Shown piece after piece: positions 19,132 through 28,546 of a stretch of 64,000 nucleotides of DNA. The stretch is from Candidatus Aenigmatarchaeota archaeon (GTDB lineage Archaea; Aenigmatarchaeota; Aenigmatarchaeia; Aenigmatarchaeales; Aenigmatarchaeaceae): the NCBI GenBank assembly GCA_046760145.1, contig JBHIDO010000001.1, forward strand, positions 947 to 64,946. Reading direction: 5' to 3'. Each line of letters opens with the position of its first letter. Position 1 is the stretch's first letter. The notes beneath the pieces are model-generated. The model saw only the letters and a program-made list of their open reading frames with translations, was not told the origin of the DNA and ran no database searches. A program made the position numbers and the translations under genes.

Positions 19132-20528
19132 ATTATCACTTTTCTTAATCTGATATGTGGTCCACCAAACCAAACAGGAACTCCTTGCATAGGCTCGCCC
19201 TTTCCACAAGTTCCAGTAGAAAATTCCAGTTTTTTTCCAATAGCATCAATTGCTTGATAAAGAGTTGGAGTATTTATTTCCAAAACAGGTCTTCTTATTA
19301 GACCATCTATTTTTCCATTAGTTATTTTATAAGATTCTAAACCAACATATCTTTGATTAAGCCTTTTATCATCAATATTCCATTCCATATAAGATTTAAT
19401 GTAAATTCCTCTTCTTACATCAATTAAATCATCAAAACTAAATTTTCCTGGTTTAAAATATGTATTTGACATTCTAACTATTGGTTCGTTTGACCAATTG
19501 TTCGCTCTAGCAGAACCATTACTGTTTGTTGAAAATTCAAAAGCAGTTTCTCTATTATGTAAGAATGTATTGATTACTCCATTTTTTATTAAAAATTTTT
19601 CTCTTGCTTCAACACCTTCATCATCATATAAATAAAAACCATAACTATTTGGGATGGTTGGATTATCAACCAAATTAACAACATCTGTTCCGATTTTATA
19701 TCCTAACATATTTCTTTTTACAAACGATTCTCCTGCTTGAGCTGCTTCTCTTCCTAATATTCTATCTGCTTCATATGGGTGTCCACAACTTTCATGTGCA
19801 ATTATACCTGCTAATTCTGGAGAAAGAATTACATCAAATTTACCTTTTGGAGTTTTTGGGGATTTTGAAATTTTAGATAAAATGTTTGCTTCCTTAACTA
19901 AGGTTTCTACTAATTTCCATTTTTTAAATAATTCCCAACCACCACTCCCACCATATTCGAACAGCCTTTGTTCTGTTGATCTGTTTGATAGAAATGTTAA
20001 CATATATTCAAAGTAAATTCTCGGAATCTTAGAATGTATCTTTGATCCTTCAGAATTTATAAAATATTTTTCTCTAAATTCATCTACTAATTCAAAATAT
20101 CTAACTGGTAGATTTAAGTTTGTTTTTAAAACTTCTTTTTCTATGTTTAATAATTCTTTTACCTTTTCCTCCAAACTAATATTCTTTATCTTAATTTTTT
20201 CTTTTACTTGATATTTTTTTCTATTTGTTTTTTCTCTAGATAATAAGATTGGTTTTTTAATAAATTTCCTCGAATATTTTGTCATTTTTATTGCAGAAGA
20301 AATTGCCTTTTTTATTTTTTCAAAATCTGGCTCGCTTATAAACGCTAAACCCATCGAACCTTTTTTAAATACTCTAATACATAATCCACTACTTTTAATA
20401 AAATTAGTTAAATCTACATTACCATTTTTTAAGATTATTTTATTAGATTCAAAGTTCTCTGATCTTACTTCAGCATAATCAGACAAACTGTTTGCATATT
20501 TTAATGCTTTTTCAGCTAAATCTAACAT
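19128..20528 (-). CDS. tldD: TldD metalloprotease
   Basis: HESCGHPYEAD, DDEG, RMSNT and CGKGEPMQ. Confidence 0.92.
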   Translation of the reverse strand: MLDLAEKALKYANSLSDYAEVRSENFESNKIILKNGNVDLTNFIKSSGLCIRVFKKGSMGLAFISEPDFEKIKKAISSAIKMTKYSRKFIKKPILLSREKTNRKKYQVKEKIKIKNISLEEKVKELLNIEKEVLKTNLNLPVRYFELVDEFREKYFINSEGSKIHSKIPRIYFEYMLTFLSNRSTEQRLFEYGGSGGWELFKKWKLVETLVKEANILSKISKSPKTPKGKFDVILSPELAGIIAHESCGHPYEADRILGREAAQAGESFVKRNMLGYKIGTDVVNLVDNPTIPNSYGFYLYDDEGVEAREKFLIKNGVINTFLHNRETAFEFSTNSNGSARANNWSNEPIVRMSNTYFKPGKFSFDDLIDVRRGIYIKSYMEWNIDDKRLNQRYVGLESYKITNGKIDGLIRRPVLEINTPTLYQAIDAIGKKLEFSTGTCGKGEPMQGVPVWFGGPHIRLRKVII

Positions 20529-20561
20529 ATTTTCTAAATTTGTATTCTTAATTTATTAAAC

Positions 20562-21701
20562 TTACTTTAAATCATCCATTGTCAATACTTTGATTCTTTG
20601 TGGTGATCTAACTTTAACACTCCTCATTCCAACCATATATTTAATTCCATTATGAGAACCAAAGTTAACCATTCTTTGGTCTATATCACCATCTATTACA
20701 ACTGCTTTTGCATCCAATCTTTTCATTGTATTAAATATTTCTTTTATAGGAACCTTACCAAGAATTTCCATTTTTTCATTTAGAAAACAAGCAGCTCTTG
20801 TTCCAATCAAATCTTCCAAGATTGTTTTGAAAATTTTTTTCTTTTCCTCATCTATGTAAATTTTTCTCTTTCTTAATTTTTTAACATCTTTAATTTGATT
20901 AACTGGTACCTTTTCTCTTAAACATTTAAAAATTTCTTTTTTTGTTAATTCTTCTACTTCTTCACCACCTAAAGCTCTTGCAACAAAATCTATTTCACAA
21001 GTTGCCAATAATTCTTTTAATATCAAGTCTCCTCCCCTATCACCATCAAGAAATGCTGTTATTGACTTTTCCTTTGATAAGTCTATAATGGTTTGTGGTA
21101 CAGAGGTTCCTTCTATCGCAATTACGTTTTTAATACCATGCTTTAAAAGGTTAATAACATCTGCTCTTCCTTCTACTACTATAATTGAGTCATATGCATC
21201 TAAATTAGGACCTGCTGGTAATCCATTATAATTTTCAATTTCAGAACCCCTTACTGCTTCTTTAATTTGTTCAGATATTTCTTGGGTGTCTGGTACACCC
21301 TCATCAAACATCCTTTCTAATAATTCTTTTGCCCTATCAACAACATATTTTCTTTTCTCAATTCTAACATCATCTATTTTTTCTGTATAAATCTTAGCAT
21401 TAGAAGGTCCGATTCTTTCAATGGTTTCAATACAAGCCGCAATTAAGGATGTTTGAGAAGCATCAAGACTAGAAGGTATGATAATTTCTCCTGATGTTTT
21501 TCCATTTTCATTTTTTATTTCTACATCTATTCTTCCTACTCTTCCTGTTCTCTGCAATTCCCTTAAATCCATATCAGGACCTAATAAACCTTCTGTTTGT
21601 CCAAACACTGCTCCTATTACATCTGGTTTTTCTACAGTTCCTTCTGCTTCAAATCTAGCGTATATTATGTATTTTGAAGTGGTTTGCGCCAATTTACTCA
21701 T
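20562..21701 (-). CDS. dnaG: Archaeal DnaG (exosome-associated, primase-like)
   Basis: DVIGAVFGQTEGLLG, VEGRADV and DGDRGG TOPRIM motifs; GAGGTGA RBS before the ATG. Confidence 0.95.
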   Translation of the reverse strand: MSKLAQTTSKYIIYARFEAEGTVEKPDVIGAVFGQTEGLLGPDMDLRELQRTGRVGRIDVEIKNENGKTSGEIIIPSSLDASQTSLIAACIETIERIGPSNAKIYTEKIDDVRIEKRKYVVDRAKELLERMFDEGVPDTQEISEQIKEAVRGSEIENYNGLPAGPNLDAYDSIIVVEGRADVINLLKHGIKNVIAIEGTSVPQTIIDLSKEKSITAFLDGDRGGDLILKELLATCEIDFVARALGGEEVEELTKKEIFKCLREKVPVNQIKDVKKLRKRKIYIDEEKKKIFKTILEDLIGTRAACFLNEKMEILGKVPIKEIFNTMKRLDAKAVVIDGDIDQRMVNFGSHNGIKYMVGMRSVKVRSPQRIKVLTMDDLK

Positions 21702-21706
21702 TAATA

Positions 21707-22066
21707 TCACCTCAAGGATTTTAATTCTTCAATTGTTCGGATTCTTAATTTTGCAAATATTGTTTTTAATTTTTTTCTCGATACAATATCTACTTTACAT
21801 CCTTGAGATTGAAGAAAGAGGGTTAGTTTTTTGTTAATCTCTTTACCTTCTCTATCAAAGTCAGTAAATATCATGATTTTTTTGAATTTTTTTAATTTTA
21901 AACTTGTTTCGTATAAGCCTTTTTCAATTGTAAATATTTTGGTGAATTTAAAGGATCGTAATACTTTTTTATCACGTTTACCCTCAACAATTACTGGTCT
22001 ATCTTTTATGTTTTTAAATAATTCCAGTAACTTTTCTTCAATCTCCTTTTTAATCATAGAATACAA
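21707..22066 (-). CDS. Small TOPRIM domain protein
   Basis: IVEGKRD and TDFDREG. Confidence 0.88.
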   Translation of the reverse strand: MYSMIKKEIEEKLLELFKNIKDRPVIVEGKRDKKVLRSFKFTKIFTIEKGLYETSLKLKKFKKIMIFTDFDREGKEINKKLTLFLQSQGCKVDIVSRKKLKTIFAKLRIRTIEELKSLR

Positions 22067-22097
22067 AGGTATTTAAAGATTTTTAAAGTTGATTTAT

Positions 22098-22646
22098 TTA
22101 CAATTCTGATGATTCTTCTTTACAAGTATCACAAACCCATCTATCATTCACATTATGAAGCATTTCAGAGAAATTTCCACACAATTCACACTCACCCGAA
22201 TTAAACTCTTCAATAGTAGAGGGTTCACCTTCTATGAATAATCTTTCTCTTAAAATTTCAATTGCAGCTGGTGCAACTTTTGCAATCTCTCTATCAGAAA
22301 TAATTCCTACTAATCTTCCTAGAGAAACAACTGGTATTCTTTCATAACCATACTTTGTCATTGTTCTTGCTACATCTGCCAAATCATTATCAGAAGAACA
22401 AGTAATTAAAGGTGTGTTCATTATCTCCTTTAATTTTATTTCAGATGGTTTCATATCTTTAGCAACAACTTTGTTAACAACATCTTCCCTGGTAACAATA
22501 CCAATTGGTTTGTTTCCTTCACAAATTATTACAGATCCCACATCTTCTTTTTTCATTAATCTAGATCCTTCGAGAACTGTTTGAGAAGGTCTTGCGGTTA
22601 CAACTCTTGCTACCATTGCATCTTTAACTTGAATTCCTGTTGGCAT
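22098..22646 (-). CDS. CBS-pair protein with C-terminal zinc ribbon
   Basis: Two CBS repeats plus CELC...CDTC. Confidence 0.9.
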   Translation of the reverse strand: MPTGIQVKDAMVARVVTARPSQTVLEGSRLMKKEDVGSVIICEGNKPIGIVTREDVVNKVVAKDMKPSEIKLKEIMNTPLITCSSDNDLADVARTMTKYGYERIPVVSLGRLVGIISDREIAKVAPAAIEILRERLFIEGEPSTIEEFNSGECELCGNFSEMLHNVNDRWVCDTCKEESSEL

Positions 22647-22729
22647 AATATCAGTTATCTTCTTAATAAATATAAACTTATCTATAAAGAAAAAATATCT
22701 TTATAAATTTGATTCGACAATCTATATAT

Positions 22730-23449
22730 ATGGATACGAAAACTTTAGCAAGAGAAAGACTTTCTAGAAAAATAGCAGGAGAAATTGTTTTAAGTCATGA
22801 TGCTGGAAAAACTATCCAAAAATGGAGAAATATTTTTAAAATTCCTCAAAGAAAATTAGCAGATGAAATAGGAATAATGCCTTCTGTTATTTCTGATTAT
22901 GAAAACGGTAGAAGGAAGTCTCCTGGTATCAAAGTAATAAAAAGACTAGTAAATGCAATGATAAGTTTAGATGAAAAATCTGGTGGTAAAATAATTCAAG
23001 ATTTTTCAGCCTTTCCTACAAAAACTGTTCTCTCTGATGGTATTTTAGATATGAAGGAATTTAAAACACCTATTAGTATTAAAGATTTTTGTAAAATTAT
23101 AGAAAGTCCTGTTATAGTTAGAAGTGATTTAATAAATAATAAGCTTTATGGTTATACAATAATTGATAGTATGAAGGCTATTATTGAATTATCACCAATG
23201 GATATGGTTAAATTATATGGATTAACAAGTGAAAGAGCCTTGATATTTACTGGTGCTCATAGAGGAAAAAGTTCAATGGTTGCTTTGAAAGTAACTAATT
23301 TAAGGCCTGGTTTAGTAGTTTTACATGGTTCTGAAGGTATTGATGATTTAGCAAGAAGAATAGCTGAATTAGAAAGCATACCTGTAGGAATAACTAAAAT
23401 AAAAAATGTTGATCAACTTATAAAAACATTAAAAAGAAAAACAAATTAG
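22730..23449 (+). CDS. XRE-type HTH transcriptional regulator (conserved archaeal family)
   Basis: IAGEIVLS, SVISDYENGRRKSPG and YG.TSERALIFT. Confidence 0.85.
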   Translation: MDTKTLARERLSRKIAGEIVLSHDAGKTIQKWRNIFKIPQRKLADEIGIMPSVISDYENGRRKSPGIKVIKRLVNAMISLDEKSGGKIIQDFSAFPTKTVLSDGILDMKEFKTPISIKDFCKIIESPVIVRSDLINNKLYGYTIIDSMKAIIELSPMDMVKLYGLTSERALIFTGAHRGKSSMVALKVTNLRPGLVVLHGSEGIDDLARRIAELESIPVGITKIKNVDQLIKTLKRKTN

Positions 23450-23778
23450 TTCCTCCCCTTCATTTCTTATCGAAGTTGAATTCGAAAAATAAAATATTTT
23501 TATTAATAAATTAATAACATTGTTATAAGAAATAAAGGTAAATAAGTTACTTATATTTCTTATGAAACCTTTAAAGGAAATAAAAGGGTGTGTTTTTTAT
23601 AAAAATAACAGTGTTATAAAAATAAATTTCTTTACATGTGAATATTTTACGAATAAAATTTAATTTTCCATGTGAAATAAAGGGGTTAACGTGAAGATAA
23701 TTATAAATATATTCATTCTTATTAAAAATCTTACTTCAAAAGAAATAAAGGTTTCCATAAGAAACTGAGGTATTAATA
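23450..23778. promoter_or_regulatory. Replication origin (oriC) with ORB elements
   Basis: AT-rich region upstream of cdc6. ORB-like TTCCATGTGAAATAAAGGGG at 23666-23685, inverted TTCGATAAGAAATGAAGGGG at 23455-23474, and further copies at 23522, 23568, 23735 and 23753. Confidence 0.85.
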
Positions 23779-24969
23779 ATGAAAAAAATAGAAAAAATTT
23801 TTAATAAATTTCTTGATTCAAAACCCATATTTATAAATCGAGAAGCTCTTTCAATTTCATTTACACCAGAAGATATACCACATAGAGAAGCTCAAATAAA
23901 TGAGTTAGGAAGAATTCTGGCTCCGGCCTTAAAAAACGGAAAGCCTAGCAATGTATTCATATATGGAAGATGCGGAACAGGAAAAACTTTAATTTCTAAA
24001 TTGGTAGGATCAGAACTAGAAAAAATTAGTCAGTCTAATGGTCAAACCATTAAAGTTATTTATGTTAATTGTAAAATGAAAAAATCAGCTGATACAGAAT
24101 ATAGATTATTGGCTGGTTTAGCTAAGAAATTTGGAAAACAAGTTCCATTTACAGGATTGCCAACAGATCAAATTTATAATGCTTTTTTTGAAAGTTTGGA
24201 CAAAAGAAAACAAACTCTTATTTTAATTATAGATGAGATTGATGCTTTAGTTCAAAAAACAGGAGACGAAATTCTTTATAATCTAACAAGGATAAACCAA
24301 GATCTTAAAAACTCTAAATTATCTATTATAGGGATAACAAATAATCTGAGTTTTATTGAATCTTTAGATCCAAGGGTAAGAAGTTCCTTAGGTGAAGAAG
24401 AACTAATATTTCCACCTTATAATGCTTTACAATTACAAGATATTTTAAGGCAAAGATCTTCTATTGCTTTTGTATCTGGAGTTTTAGAAGAAGGAGTAAT
24501 TGAAAAATGTGCTGCTTTGGCTGCTCAGGAGCATGGAGATGCTAGAAGAGCTTTAGAATTGTTAAGGGTTGCTGGAGAACTAGCTGAGAGGAATGCAGAT
24601 GAAAAAATAACAACAGAGCATGTTGACCTAGCTCAGAAAAAAATTGATATAGATAGTGTTTTAGAAACAGTAAAAACCCAACCAAAACAAAGCCAGGCTG
24701 TTTTATATGCAATAATACAACTAGATAAAAAGAATATAGAAACAAGTGATGTAATTAATAAATATCAAGAAATTTGTAAGCAACATGGTTTAAGGGTATT
24801 AACACAAAGAAGAGTTTCAGATTTAATATCAGAACTATATTTATTTGGTATAATTGATTCAAAGATAATATCTAAGGGGAGATATGGGAGGACAAGAGTT
24901 ATAAATTTAAATTTAACTAATAATGTTAAGAAAAAACTAAAAAATCTTCTTAACCAAATATTCTTATGA
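23779..24969 (+). CDS. cdc6: Orc1/Cdc6 replication initiator
   Basis: PHRE, GRCGTGKT, IIDEID, DPRVRSSL, FPPY, HGDARRA and SKGRYGRT. Confidence 0.97.
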   Translation: MKKIEKIFNKFLDSKPIFINREALSISFTPEDIPHREAQINELGRILAPALKNGKPSNVFIYGRCGTGKTLISKLVGSELEKISQSNGQTIKVIYVNCKMKKSADTEYRLLAGLAKKFGKQVPFTGLPTDQIYNAFFESLDKRKQTLILIIDEIDALVQKTGDEILYNLTRINQDLKNSKLSIIGITNNLSFIESLDPRVRSSLGEEELIFPPYNALQLQDILRQRSSIAFVSGVLEEGVIEKCAALAAQEHGDARRALELLRVAGELAERNADEKITTEHVDLAQKKIDIDSVLETVKTQPKQSQAVLYAIIQLDKKNIETSDVINKYQEICKQHGLRVLTQRRVSDLISELYLFGIIDSKIISKGRYGRTRVINLNLTNNVKKKLKNLLNQIFL

Positions 24970-25868
24970 ATTATTTAACCGAATTAATAAAACTAGGATT
25001 TTTAGTTGAACCTAATGCAGCAGAATTATTAAAAAATTTAAATCAAGGTGAATTTGAAAAACTATTAGAAAATTTGAAAAAGGAAGAGTCATTAGTTTTA
25101 TCAGAAAAATTTATAAAAAAAATATTTAAAAAAGAAATAAAAATTATAAAAACCTTTATTCCAATCAAAAAACTTTCTATTCAAGATTTTGTTAATATGT
25201 TAAATAACAGATATAATTTCTTACAAAACATTTTAGTTAATAAATTAGCAATGGAAAATATAATTTCTATTAACAAAGTTAGTTCTGGGAATACTACAAT
25301 AATAGGAATGGTAAAAATAAGACAAGAAAAAAATAACAATCTTATTGTATGGTTAGAAGATCAGACAGGTGAAATTGAAACAATTATACCCAAGATGTTG
25401 GGAGAAAAAATAAATTTAGATGATGTTATTGCAATTACAGGTAATATTTCAAACAAAAAATTATACGGAGAAAAGATAATATTTCCTGATATCCCAATAA
25501 GAAGAGTAAATTATTCTGATGATTCAATTAAAATTGCTTTTATTTTGAATGGAAAAGATTATGATGCTGATTATTTAATTTATGAAAATAAAATCAAAGA
25601 CAAATTAAATAATAAAATTCTTGAAATTACAAACCCATCAATTGTAAGCATAGGGGGAATAATAATTTTGATTGCTCATAAATTTGAACCATTTGAAATT
25701 TTAAAAAAGAGATATATTCATAAAGATAAAACTGATTTTTTAATTGATAATGTTCCAGATATTTTATTTACCGATAGAAAAATTAATACAAACTATAAAG
25801 GAGTAACTATTGTTTCAGGAAACAATTTAATAAATTTAAAGACTAGAGAAGTAATTTCTTTAGAATAG
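24966..25868 (+). CDS. Degenerate, shortened PolD small subunit (DP1) homolog
   Basis: DP1 hallmarks DFV...RY, IIGMV, LEDQTG, DDVIAITG, FPDIP, NP...I.G, LKKR, D.LI..VPDI and YKGV are present. The metal-binding DxH, GNHD and GHxH motifs are absent; 300 aa. Confidence 0.8.
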   Translation: MNYLTELIKLGFLVEPNAAELLKNLNQGEFEKLLENLKKEESLVLSEKFIKKIFKKEIKIIKTFIPIKKLSIQDFVNMLNNRYNFLQNILVNKLAMENIISINKVSSGNTTIIGMVKIRQEKNNNLIVWLEDQTGEIETIIPKMLGEKINLDDVIAITGNISNKKLYGEKIIFPDIPIRRVNYSDDSIKIAFILNGKDYDADYLIYENKIKDKLNNKILEITNPSIVSIGGIIILIAHKFEPFEILKKRYIHKDKTDFLIDNVPDILFTDRKINTNYKGVTIVSGNNLINLKTREVISLE

Positions 25869-25905
25869 AAAACAGTTTAAATATTTAATATCTATAAAAT
25901 TACTC

Positions 25906-28542
25906 ATGGAAATACAGATTCTTGATTGTGATTATGTAATGCTACAAGGAAAGCCATTGATAAGAATATTTGGAAAAACAATGAATGGTGAATCAATTTG
26001 TGTTTTTTATGATAAGTTCTTACCATATTTTTACCTTTATGGAGATGAAGAGGAATATCCTAGAATTGCTAAGGAAATAAATAAAAGATATGATGTTAAA
26101 ATTGAGGTTGTTAAAAGAATTCTTCCAATTGGATATCAAAAACCAGTAAATATATTAAAAATAATTGGCAAAGATCCAGGTAAAACTCCAGAAATTAGAG
26201 AATTTGTAAGAAAATTTGGAACCCCTTATGAAGCAGATATTCTTTTTAAATATAGATTCATGGCAGATTTTGATTTGAAAGGAATGGGATGGATTAATGT
26301 TAAAGGAAAATTTAGAAAAACAAATACAGTTAAATGCAGGGCTTTGGCTGCAGATAATATAAAACCAATAGAGATTTTGAAAAATGCTCCATTAAAATAT
26401 TTAGCAATAGATTTAGAATGTTTAGGAGGAGAAGACAGATTAGTAACACCTGAGAAGGATTCAATTATTATAGTAAGTTTGGCATTTTATCCTACATACA
26501 AGGGAAAAAACCAAATGGTTTTGCTAGCAAAACCAATACAAACAGGAAAAGATGTTATTGGTCATAGTGATGAAGCGGATATGTTAAAAAACCTTTTGGA
26601 AATAATAAAAGATTTTGATCCTGATATTATAACTGGTTATAACATAAATAATTTTGATTTACCATTTCTAATAAAAAGATTAGAAATATTAAAATTACCA
26701 AGAGATTTAGGAAGGTCAGAAAAAAATGCTTTTTGTAGAAAGTTAATTTATTCACACATTCCTACTGTTTCTGGAAGAGTTATTGTTGATTCTTTTGAAA
26801 TTTTAAAAAGAGATCCTTGGGTGAAATTTAAAAGATATGATTTAGGCACGGTAGCAAGAGAATTATTAGATATAGAAAAGTTGGAAATGGGTGGACCACG
26901 CGAAATAAGAGAACTTTGGAATGGAAAAGATATGAAAAAACTTGTCGATTATGCAAGAAGAGATGCTGAACTTGCTTTGAAATTAATTATTGAAAAAAGA
27001 ATTTTAGACAAATTTTTCGAGTTATCTAAAATATCAGGTCTATTATTGCAAGAAAGTTTAGGAGGCCAGTCACAAAGACATGAATTCAAATTACTAAGAG
27101 AGTTTGGAAAAAGAAAATTTATTATGCCTTGTAAACCAGGACAAAACACATTAGAAAAAAGAATAAAAGAAAGAACAAATTTAGGATTGAAAGGTGCTTT
27201 AGTTTTAGAACCAGAAGTTGGTTTGTATAATAATATTATTGTTTTAGATTTTACAAGCCTATATCCTTCTTTAATAAGAGCATTTAACATATGCCCAACC
27301 ACATTTCTTGTAAATGGTGAAGAAATTGATCATATAGAATCACCTTATGGAACAAAGTTTGTTAAACCAAGTATTAGAAAAGGCATATTACCAAAAATTC
27401 TTGATGAATTAATAAACACAAGGGCTGATGTAAGAAAACAGGTTAAATTAACCGAAGATAAAGAGGAGAAAAGAACTTTAAATGCAAAACAACTTGCTTT
27501 GAAGGATATGGCAAATTCTCTTTATGGATATACTGGTTACATAAGATCAAGACTTTATGTTATTCAAATTGCAAATACAATTACTGCTTTTGGTAGAGAT
27601 ACAATAAGAAAAACTAAAAAACTAATCGAGGAAAACTTTCCTGTAAAGGTTTTGTATGCTGATACAGATTCTGTTTTTATAAAATCTGATGCAAAAACTT
27701 TAGAAGAAGCTGAAAAATTAGGAAAAGAAATTTCACAATTTATAACAAATAAATTAAAAGGTTTGGATCTAAAATTTGAAAAAATATTCAAAACATTTTT
27801 GATTTTATCAAAGAAAAGATATGCGGGTTGGGCATTTGAAAGAGAAAAAGATGGATGGAAAGATAGTTTGGATATGAAAGGAATTGAGACTATAAGAAGA
27901 GACTGGTGCGAATTAACATCTGAGACGATGTTAAAGGTTTTAAAAATTGTTTTGAAAGAACAAAACATTACAAAAGCATGTAAATATGTTAGAAGTGTTA
28001 TAGAAGATTTATCTAAAAATAAAGTCCCATTAGAAAAGTTAGCTGTTGTAAAAGGAATTACAAAATCTTTGGATTCTTATGATGGAATTCAGCCACATGT
28101 TGAATTGGCTAAAAAAATTCTAAAAAGAGACCCTACCAGAGGGTCAATGGTTGGTGAAAGATTAGGGTATGTGATAATAAAAGGAAATCAGTTATTGTCA
28201 AAAAGAGCAGAAGACCCAAATTATGTTAAGGAAAAAGGATTGAAAATTGATTCTCAATATTATATTCAAAATCAATTGTTACCTCCTTTAGAAAGAATAT
28301 TTGAGGTTTGTGGAGTAACATCTTCTGAATTATTAGAAGGTGTTAGACAATTAAGTTTAATGGACTCTTTCAAAGTAAAATCACCAGAAGAAACCATTTT
28401 AAAAGAATTTGATTCTGTTACATGTAAGGCTTGTCATTGGACTTTCAGAAGACCTCCGTTAAAGGGTTCTTGTCCACGTTGTGATTCTAAATTGTATTTT
28501 TCTGGAAATGGTTCAATTGGAAAAAGTGTTGAATTTAACTAA
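25906..28542 (+). CDS. polB: Family B DNA polymerase with C-terminal PolD-type zinc finger
   Basis: Exonuclease motifs DLE, YNINNFD and YARRD; polymerase motifs DFTSLYPS, KxxANSLYGY, YADTDS and KKRY; PIP-like QLSLMDSF; then CKAC...FRRPPLKGSCPRC. Confidence 0.96.
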   Translation: MEIQILDCDYVMLQGKPLIRIFGKTMNGESICVFYDKFLPYFYLYGDEEEYPRIAKEINKRYDVKIEVVKRILPIGYQKPVNILKIIGKDPGKTPEIREFVRKFGTPYEADILFKYRFMADFDLKGMGWINVKGKFRKTNTVKCRALAADNIKPIEILKNAPLKYLAIDLECLGGEDRLVTPEKDSIIIVSLAFYPTYKGKNQMVLLAKPIQTGKDVIGHSDEADMLKNLLEIIKDFDPDIITGYNINNFDLPFLIKRLEILKLPRDLGRSEKNAFCRKLIYSHIPTVSGRVIVDSFEILKRDPWVKFKRYDLGTVARELLDIEKLEMGGPREIRELWNGKDMKKLVDYARRDAELALKLIIEKRILDKFFELSKISGLLLQESLGGQSQRHEFKLLREFGKRKFIMPCKPGQNTLEKRIKERTNLGLKGALVLEPEVGLYNNIIVLDFTSLYPSLIRAFNICPTTFLVNGEEIDHIESPYGTKFVKPSIRKGILPKILDELINTRADVRKQVKLTEDKEEKRTLNAKQLALKDMANSLYGYTGYIRSRLYVIQIANTITAFGRDTIRKTKKLIEENFPVKVLYADTDSVFIKSDAKTLEEAEKLGKEISQFITNKLKGLDLKFEKIFKTFLILSKKRYAGWAFEREKDGWKDSLDMKGIETIRRDWCELTSETMLKVLKIVLKEQNITKACKYVRSVIEDLSKNKVPLEKLAVVKGITKSLDSYDGIQPHVELAKKILKRDPTRGSMVGERLGYVIIKGNQLLSKRAEDPNYVKEKGLKIDSQYYIQNQLLPPLERIFEVCGVTSSELLEGVRQLSLMDSFKVKSPEETILKEFDSVTCKACHWTFRRPPLKGSCPRCDSKLYFSGNGSIGKSVEFN

Positions 28543-28546
28543 GCAG

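Noticed and set aside
24966..25868. DP1 pseudogene
   Set aside because: The frame is uninterrupted, overlaps the cdc6 stop, and has lost catalytic motifs selectively rather than randomly.
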